64,000 nt of DNA. Source: a phage. The stretch lies in the NCBI GenBank assembly GCA_019338205.1, contig GCA_019338205.1_4761.1; one strand, given 5' to 3'. The position numbers and the translations under genes are program-made. Of the stretch, positions 58,790 to 64,000 are shown in pieces (the stretch's first letter is position 1; every line of letters begins with the position of its first letter). The notes beneath the pieces were generated by a model. It saw only the letters and a program-made list of their open reading frames with translations. It was not told where the DNA came from and searched no databases.

Positions 58790-59004
58790 AGAAGCCTAAT
58801 ACCGCTCACATGAAAGAAAACTGCCGATGTGTTAGATGTGGTTGGCCTATTATATTCACTTGCTGTAACGACGATATGCAGCGTTTACCGTGGGGAATGT
58901 GGGATTGGTGGATGTATTGCAGCAATAAAGGTTGCGACCATCATGAAGGTGAAGGAGTCTTTCAGGAAACACCTGATTGGGTGGAGGTGATAGAAAATGC
59001 TTGA
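58786..59004 (+). CDS. small Cys-rich protein (72 aa)
   Basis: CRCVRC...CC...C..C; RBS GGAGT. Confidence 0.4.
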   Translation: MKKPNTAHMKENCRCVRCGWPIIFTCCNDDMQRLPWGMWDWWMYCSNKGCDHHEGEGVFQETPDWVEVIENA

Positions 59005-59290
59005 GACTATCATTAATCTTGTTGTGTGGACTTTTATTTTCGTTATTGTTATTATGGCGGGTGTAGAGATTGTAAAACAATATCTATTGCAATCTCGAAA
59101 TAAACATGTTGTCGTTGATATGGACTCGCAAGGCAATAAGTTGATCCGGTTAGAAGATGGTCGGGAATATTGGGTCGGGTATCCCAAAACTCTGAAAGGG
59201 TTTATCCTTGCCATGAGCATTAACATCTTTTTCATTGGTATCTGGACTTATATCGGTTTAGGTCTTGTTGGATTTTTGGAGATTAATTAA
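58997..59290 (+). CDS. membrane protein (97 aa)
   Basis: N- and C-terminal TM helices; RBS GGAGGTGA. Confidence 0.45.
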   Translation: MLETIINLVVWTFIFVIVIMAGVEIVKQYLLQSRNKHVVVDMDSQGNKLIRLEDGREYWVGYPKTLKGFILAMSINIFFIGIWTYIGLGLVGFLEIN

Positions 59291-59886
59291 TGGCGCAATT
59301 ATATTTCTACTATGCATCTATGAACGCTGGCAAATCAACTTCTCTGTTACAAAGTGCTTATAACTATACCGAACGTGATATGCGAGTATTAATTCTTAAG
59401 CCAGCGATTGATAATCGAGATTCAGAAAGTGAAGTCGTTTCCCGAATTGGCCTAAGTGCCCCAGCGATCACCTTCACTAAATCGGATGATCTTTTCGATT
59501 TGGTTTATCGTGAATCGTTAGGTAAGCGTAGACCGGATCGATGGCGTCCAGATGCAGTTTTTGTAGACGAAGCCCAATTTATGACTAAAGAGCATGTTTT
59601 AGGCTTGTGTGCGCTTGTTGATGATGCTAATATCCCTGTACTGTGCTATGGCCTTCGCACTGACTTTCAGGGCAATCTATTTGAAGGATCTGCGGCATTA
59701 ATGGCATTTGCTGATAAGCTGGTCGAAATGAAGGGTATTTGTCATTGTGGCAAGAAAGCGACTATGGTCCTTCGCGTAGATAAAGATGGTAATGTTATTC
59801 GCGATGGTGCTCAAATAGAAGTTGGTGCAGAGGATAAATATGTTTCGGTGTGCCGTAAACATTTTATTGACGGTACTACCAAATAA
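59290..59886 (+). CDS. tk: thymidine kinase
   Basis: 198 aa; ...YASMNAGKSTSLLQSA..., VFVDEAQF, YGLRTDFQGNLFEGS, CHCGKKA align with recalled T4 Tk. Confidence 0.93.
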   Translation: MAQLYFYYASMNAGKSTSLLQSAYNYTERDMRVLILKPAIDNRDSESEVVSRIGLSAPAITFTKSDDLFDLVYRESLGKRRPDRWRPDAVFVDEAQFMTKEHVLGLCALVDDANIPVLCYGLRTDFQGNLFEGSAALMAFADKLVEMKGICHCGKKATMVLRVDKDGNVIRDGAQIEVGAEDKYVSVCRKHFIDGTTK

Positions 59887-59913
59887 GAGTTAATCATAAA
59901 TAAAGCCCCAGAT

Positions 59914-59921
59914 TATAAATA
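59914..59921 (+). promoter_or_regulatory. T4-type late promoter (TATAAATA) inside inverted repeat, upstream of RI-like gene
   Basis: Exact TATAAATA on plus strand 33 nt before ATG 59954, flanked by CCCCAGAT / ATCTGGGG. Confidence 0.45.
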
Positions 59922-59953
59922 TAACTGAATATTTCAATCTGGGGGAATGACTT

Positions 59954-60256
59954 ATGTCATTTATTCGTAAAACTCTAACAGCGGCAATATGCTTGACTGC
60001 GGTCGGAAGTGTCAGTGCTGATCAATATGATCCAACTGGTGACTTTACTGATTATTTCGACGGCGCAATGATAGTATATGTAAACAAAATATCTCCTTCC
60101 ATTGAAACCAGCCAGAAATTTCATGCCCATATTATGAAGATGTATGCTCGTAGTAAATGTATGGATTCTAGGCAGTGTTTTATTATGGGTGGATATGCCG
60201 CACAACAATTTGTTCTGTTGCATAATATGGAGAATCGAGAACATGAAATTCAGTGA
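59954..60256 (+). CDS. secreted periplasmic protein, RI (lysis-inhibition antiholin)-like
   Basis: 100 aa; signal-anchor MSFIRKTLTAAICLTAVGSVSA; spacing of DP...DF and C.....C resembles T4 RI; tk-adjacent as rI is in T4. Confidence 0.4.
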   Translation: MSFIRKTLTAAICLTAVGSVSADQYDPTGDFTDYFDGAMIVYVNKISPSIETSQKFHAHIMKMYARSKCMDSRQCFIMGGYAAQQFVLLHNMENREHEIQ

Positions 60257-60641
60257 TTTTCTAAAGACTTCCGAAGAGGGAAAGGCTAATAAAGTTGACC
60301 GCTTTATCGGTGAATGTCTGATGAGTGTTACTTATATGCATTCTGCGCATTTTGGGGTAACTGGTCCTGGATCTTATGCAAAACATAAGGCTCTAGAAGA
60401 GTTCTATCTTGAAATGCAAGAATTGGTTGATAATTTCACTGAAACCAATATTGGGATCACTGGTCGTTATCAGCCAAAGTTGGTCGTCCGCAAGGAGATT
60501 AGCGAAATTGCCTATTTGCAAGAGTTAACGCAAATGGCTAGTGAGATTTATAATGATGTTGATAGCTCGTTACAGAGTGTTTTAGACGATATCAAAGCTC
60601 TATGCTTTAAAACAATTTATAAACTCACTCGACTGGCTTAA
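60243..60641 (+). CDS. early hypothetical protein (132 aa)
   Basis: In-frame ATG of track ORF 60144-60641; helical. Confidence 0.45.
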   Translation: MKFSDFLKTSEEGKANKVDRFIGECLMSVTYMHSAHFGVTGPGSYAKHKALEEFYLEMQELVDNFTETNIGITGRYQPKLVVRKEISEIAYLQELTQMASEIYNDVDSSLQSVLDDIKALCFKTIYKLTRLA

Positions 60642-60874
60642 TGTTAGTCACCGTGGGATGCATACCATAAGTAAAAGAATACTAGCATTAACACAACTAT
60701 TTGGCTTCCTCATACTTTCGCGTGTTCAATTACTGCCGAATCGGAAGACCCGTCTAAGACGAGGAAGGGTTATCATTGGAAAGGGATGGTGAATTGGTTA
60801 CTATGTTTAACTAGTTTAGCAAAGGTCGATTCAAACACTACTATACAAATGGACGTGAATAAAATATAATCAAA

Positions 60875-60900
60875 AGCCATCCGAAAGGGTGGCTTTTTCG
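60875..60900 (+). terminator. intrinsic terminator (PeSL stem-loop)
   Basis: agccatcc-gaaa-gggtggct plus TTTTTCGTTTTT. Confidence 0.6.
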
Positions 60901-60910
60901 TTTTTATGTG

Positions 60911-60939
60911 TTGACAACCGGAATAGGGTATAGCATAAT
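60911..60939 (+). promoter_or_regulatory. early promoter cassette type I
   Basis: TTGACA-17-CATAAT, leader ...CATCGACAACAAAGGAGAATCAAA-ATG. Confidence 0.6.
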
Positions 60940-60968
60940 GCACACATCGACAACAAAGGAGAATCAAA

Positions 60969-61178
60969 ATGATTAATCCAGTAGCCGCAGCACTTGCTTC
61001 CGAAGAAACTTTGAAGTATATGGTAGAACATGCAGCAAAGAAAGGAGAAATTGTTACTGCCGATGAGATCGTAGAAACCATGCTCCGCGATCCGAATGGT
61101 AACACTGCAAAGTTTTTCGGTGATCATCTTAAACTGGCTTACAAAACAATTATGGAGACCGTGAAAAATGCAAAATGA
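60969..61178 (+). CDS. early hypothetical protein (69 aa)
   Basis: Behind type I cassette. Confidence 0.5.
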   Translation: MINPVAAALASEETLKYMVEHAAKKGEIVTADEIVETMLRDPNGNTAKFFGDHLKLAYKTIMETVKNAK

Positions 61179-61506
61179 TGTGATTGAAGTTATTATGAAT
61201 CAATACCGAAACCGGATTTGGTCTGGACGTATCAAAGAAGAAAAGGCAAAACGGATCATCGAAAAATATGCTGAAAAGACTAAGCAAGCGCCAACGGCTA
61301 ACAGAGTTATGATTCTTAAATGTCTGGTGCTTTCCGGTGACGATATGCCTATTGATGCAGAGACAGCCACCGATTTTCATAAGACCTATCGCCAGTGTGA
61401 TGTAATTTTTACTTCTGGCTTCGGTAGTTATGACTCTATTATGTGGAATTTAATGCACCTTGACGCAACGATCTGGGATGTACTTTCGGAGGAGGGTTAC
61501 AAATGA
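61168..61506 (+). CDS. early hypothetical protein (112 aa)
   Basis: RBS GGAGA; overlaps upstream gene by 11 nt. Confidence 0.45.
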   Translation: MQNDVIEVIMNQYRNRIWSGRIKEEKAKRIIEKYAEKTKQAPTANRVMILKCLVLSGDDMPIDAETATDFHKTYRQCDVIFTSGFGSYDSIMWNLMHLDATIWDVLSEEGYK

Positions 61507-61853
61507 ACATTGACATTCAACGACTAATTGATCACCTTCACGCGGGAATACCTTATCATGGCGACGTTACCCGTGATATTCTTGATGTGTTGGAATATAC
61601 CCAGCAAGTGATCAACGAAAAGCAAGCATTAGAATCACGGATCGACGAGGCAATAGGAAACATTGCAACCGAAGATGAATTAGATAATCACTTTGGACCT
61701 GTTCTTGATGCTCTTATGGCTGCGCGTGATACCAAACTGAAACAGGATAAACAAGAATTTATCCTTGATGGTTTAGCTCGTTATCACAATGCAATTGATA
61801 TTATGAATAACCAGCATGATTATGCTATTAGTGTTTTGCGAGGTCTGGCATGA
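61503..61853 (+). CDS. early hypothetical protein (116 aa)
   Basis: ATGA overlap coupling. Confidence 0.45.
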   Translation: MNIDIQRLIDHLHAGIPYHGDVTRDILDVLEYTQQVINEKQALESRIDEAIGNIATEDELDNHFGPVLDALMAARDTKLKQDKQEFILDGLARYHNAIDIMNNQHDYAISVLRGLA

Positions 61854-62134
61854 AAGACACAAACGAATTTAACTGTATTCAGGTAAGCCCGAATTTTATT
61901 GTTCCATCACTGGTGACTAAGCTGAATGGTCATATGGTCGCTTTGTCTTCCACACCGCCAGAATCAGGAAAGTTTATTACTATCGTAGTTTATGCGGGGC
62001 AAATTTTCTCTCATGATTGCTGCATGAAAAATGGTCAGTTGATGGTTGCAAATTATGACTACGGCGACCTTGAATGGGAAGTTTTAGGACTGGCTAAATG
62101 CGCTGAAATTCTGGGCTATATTCGATTAATTTAA
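61850..62134 (+). CDS. early hypothetical protein (94 aa)
   Basis: ATGA overlap coupling. Confidence 0.45.
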   Translation: MKDTNEFNCIQVSPNFIVPSLVTKLNGHMVALSSTPPESGKFITIVVYAGQIFSHDCCMKNGQLMVANYDYGDLEWEVLGLAKCAEILGYIRLI

Positions 62135-62152
62135 ATTTTTTCTTAGAAAGTG

Positions 62153-62181
62153 TTGACAGCGATCCGGTGTCATTGCATAAT
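62153..62181 (+). promoter_or_regulatory. early promoter cassette type I
   Basis: TTGACA-17-CATAAT plus conserved leader; ATG 62223. Confidence 0.6.
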
Positions 62182-62222
62182 ACACCCATCGAAACGAGAT
62201 ACACTTTCTAGGAGAATCAAAA

Positions 62223-62444
62223 ATGGCAACTGTTAAAATTATCAAATCTTCCGCTGGTTTCGGTTTCATGCGTGGAGCTAAGTACCCGATGATTATTGAA
62301 AACGTTGCCATCGAAGATGGTATGGCTAAAGTGACCAGCCGTCAATTGTTCGAAGCTGGTGTTAAAACTGCTGAATCATGGGCGCTTCGTTACCCAAACA
62401 AAACTTGGTCTTTCTTCCTGAATGGAGAAGCAGAGGTCATCTAA
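62223..62444 (+). CDS. early hypothetical protein (73 aa)
   Basis: Behind type I cassette; followed by terminator. Confidence 0.5.
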   Translation: MATVKIIKSSAGFGFMRGAKYPMIIENVAIEDGMAKVTSRQLFEAGVKTAESWALRYPNKTWSFFLNGEAEVI

Positions 62445-62462
62445 GTAATATTATTAATCAAT

Positions 62463-62485
62463 GCCCCTTAAATGGGGCTTTTCTT
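62463..62485 (+). terminator. intrinsic terminator
   Basis: gcccc-ttaaat-ggggc plus TTTTCTT. Confidence 0.55.
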
Positions 62486-62498
62486 GTGAGGAAACTTT

Positions 62499-63278
62499 AT
62501 GGCAATATCTTCTGGATGGGTAGGATCATCTGCTGTGTCCGAGACTGGTCAACGGTGGATGAGCGCCGCAATGCAAGCTGTTCGCTTAGGTCGTCCGGCG
62601 TATATGTCGGCAATGGTCGGACGCTCTAAAGAGATTCATTATAGCATTGGCGCTAGTAATAGTTACAATAAAGATACGCTTATTAACTGGATGAAAGCAC
62701 AGTGATCTACTCCGGTAGTAATTACTATCACTGGTAATATTGTTTCCCAATCTACTGGCGTTCCTTGTCTTGACTTCCCTAGCTCGTTAACAAATGAATA
62801 TGTAACATTGATCATTAACTCCGGTGTTCATGTTTGGGGGCGTGGTGGTAATGGTGGCAATAACTCCGCTGGTGGTGCTGGTGGTAATGCAATAAATAAC
62901 GGAATTGGAACTAGATTACGTATTAACAACAATGGTGTTATCGCAGGCGGCGGTGGCGGTGGAGGTGGTGGGTATTATTCTCCTACGAAACCAATGAAAT
63001 TAACTTTTGGTGGTGGCGGCGGTCGTCCGTTTGGTGCTGCTGGTGGATCTGCCAACATGCAATCAGGCGCAACTGCTGGTACTATTTCCGCGCCAGGTAA
63101 AGGGTCTGTCAACGGTGTATATAATGGCGGTAACGGTGGTGATGCTGGCGGTGCTGGTGGTAAATGTAATATCCGTGGACAGGGATCGGAATATAATGGC
63201 GGTGCGGCTGGTAAGGCTGTTACTGGCAATGCCCCTCGCTGGGATAAAGTAGGCACGATCTACGGTGCTCGCGTGTAA
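62499..63278 (+). pseudogene. 38: T2-type gp38 tail-fibre adhesin homolog interrupted by one in-frame TGA (codon 69)
   Basis: MAISSGWVGSSAVSETGQRWMS... then TGA at 62703-62705, then same frame continues ...LTNEYVTLIINSGVHVWGRGGNGG...AGGGGGGGGGYYSP...RWDKVGTIYGARV; both halves match recalled T2 gp38. Confidence 0.6.
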
Positions 63279-63285
63279 TTTTATG

Positions 63286-63311
63286 GGCTATCCTTCGGGA
63301 TAGCCTTTTTG
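63286..63311 (+). terminator. intrinsic terminator (PeSL stem-loop)
   Basis: ggctatcc-ttcg-ggatagcc plus TTTTTGTTTTTT. Confidence 0.65.
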
Positions 63312-63322
63312 TTTTTTGGGTG

Positions 63323-63350
63323 TTGACAATGAAAATCATAGTGCTATAAT
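63323..63350 (+). promoter_or_regulatory. early promoter cassette type I with extended -10 (TGcTATAAT)
   Basis: TTGACA-16-TATAAT preceded by TGc; leader ...CCAACTAAGGAGAATCAAAG-ATG. Confidence 0.6.
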
Positions 63351-63379
63351 GCACACATACCAACTAAGGAGAATCAAAG

Positions 63380-63670
63380 ATGACCGCTGAACAATTAATC
63401 AAACATATCCGCAACATTATTTGGGATCTGTCTGGTGATAAAGAGGAACAGGCTGAACGCATTTTAGCTAAACTCTATGAGCGCCGTGACCGTGGAGTAT
63501 CCGTAAAGAAAGTAGAAACTTTCAAAGAGTTATCTTTCATCGAAGCTAAAAAGGATGGATTAATTTATCAGTTGACAGATGGTTACTGGTGCTATGATAA
63601 TACTCGCTATGACACCGCGACTGATGCATTAAAAGCATGTAATGACCATCTTCGCAAAACTACCATTTGA
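63380..63670 (+). CDS. early hypothetical protein (96 aa)
   Basis: Behind type I cassette. Confidence 0.5.
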   Translation: MTAEQLIKHIRNIIWDLSGDKEEQAERILAKLYERRDRGVSVKKVETFKELSFIEAKKDGLIYQLTDGYWCYDNTRYDTATDALKACNDHLRKTTI

Positions 63671-63680
63671 GGATTATAAT

Positions 63681-63878
63681 ATGAGGGTTAAAACATTGGC
63701 TGATATGGATGAGATCGAGACTCAAGTACATGCGGCGCTAGTCGGTTATGAGTTCGGGCGATTCCTTAATAAGTTCCATGATTATAAATGCTTAAATTGT
63801 GGTGCTCATAACGTAATTGGTGCTTGCTGTATTAATCCTGTTATAGTACCATATAAAAGAAATGAAACAGAAGAGTGA
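63681..63878 (+). CDS. small Cys-containing protein (65 aa)
   Basis: RBS GAGGA; C..C...CC; in-frame ATG of track ORF 63642-63878. Confidence 0.4.
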   Translation: MRVKTLADMDEIETQVHAALVGYEFGRFLNKFHDYKCLNCGAHNVIGACCINPVIVPYKRNETEE

Positions 63879-63888
63879 GGAACATAGA

Positions 63889-64000
63889 ATGAAGACCAAC
63901 GAATCAGTAATACCGCCAGCTTTCGGTCGCATTCCTATAGTTATCACAAAGTCAAATATGTCTTTCGTTGAGGTTGGCGAGCGTACACACATAACAACGA
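63889..64000 (+). CDS. hypothetical protein, 5' part only (runs off window)
   Basis: RBS GAGTGAGG then ATG 63889; open to window end. Confidence 0.35.
   Translation, partial: MKTNESVIPPAFGRIPIVITKSNMSFVEVGERTHITT

Noticed and set aside
60642-60874. tRNA gene in the non-coding island
   Set aside because: The GGTCGATTCAAAC segment resembles a T-loop, but I could not build acceptor, D and anticodon stems around it; left as an untested ncRNA candidate.
60773-61127. Minus-strand ORFs 60773-61105 and 60870-61127
   Set aside because: They run against a terminator/promoter cassette and the start of a well-supported plus-strand early gene, with no RBS.
62975-63256. Minus-strand Pro/Ala-rich ORF and plus-strand Val/Leu-rich ORF inside the gp38 region
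   Set aside because: Alternative-frame artefacts of the GGN-rich glycine repeat region; the gp38 frame has similarity support.
47922-63350. Possibility that the repeated cassettes form a CRISPR array
   Set aside because: Repeat units are promoter-like (TTGACA/CATAAT) with terminator hairpins, irregularly spaced at 0.3-5 kb, and the intervening sequence is protein-coding.

Overview
This window is a T4-like (T-even-type) myovirus genome segment, read by eye from the sequence and the ORF track; no searches were run, and all homology statements rest on recalled T4/T2/E. coli protein sequences, motifs, gene sizes and synteny. Coordinates may be off by a base or two where I re-derived starts. Minus strand, 1-42339: a near-complete late structural module in T4 order (27, 51 | 26, 25, uvsY, uvsW, hoc, 24, 23, 22, 21, 68, 67, 20, 19, 18, 17, 16, 15, 14, 13, wac, 12, 11, 10, 9, 8, 7, 6, 5.4, 5, 53) with several exact T4-type late promoters (TATAAATA) and intrinsic terminators. 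Plus strand, 42395-47914: genes 4, 2, 3, 1, 57A, 57B. Plus strand, 47922-64000: a roughly 16 kb early region of about 50 small genes driven by at least ten copies of a repeated terminator / sigma70-like promoter / conserved leader cassette (PeSL-like). Recognisable products there include an M15 peptidase (likely endolysin), a GrcA-like glycyl-radical protein, a nucleotidyltransferase, a secreted lytic-transglycosylase-like protein, a TARG1/DarG-like macro domain, thymidine kinase and an RI-like periplasmic protein. Accessory or mobile insertions interrupt the conserved module: an orphan N6-adenine-type methyltransferase with two small ORFs between genes 9 and 8, an HNH-AP2 endonuclease between 5.1 and 5.4, a second HNH endonuclease between 53 and 4, and a three-fold Zn-ribbon / T5orf172-like protein between 2 and 3. 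A T2-type gp38 adhesin gene sits displaced in the early region and is interrupted by a single in-frame TGA. No tRNA, rRNA or CRISPR array was found. The best candidates for something new are the methyltransferase cassette in the baseplate operon, the early-region macro-domain/nucleotidyltransferase cluster, and the opal-interrupted gp38.
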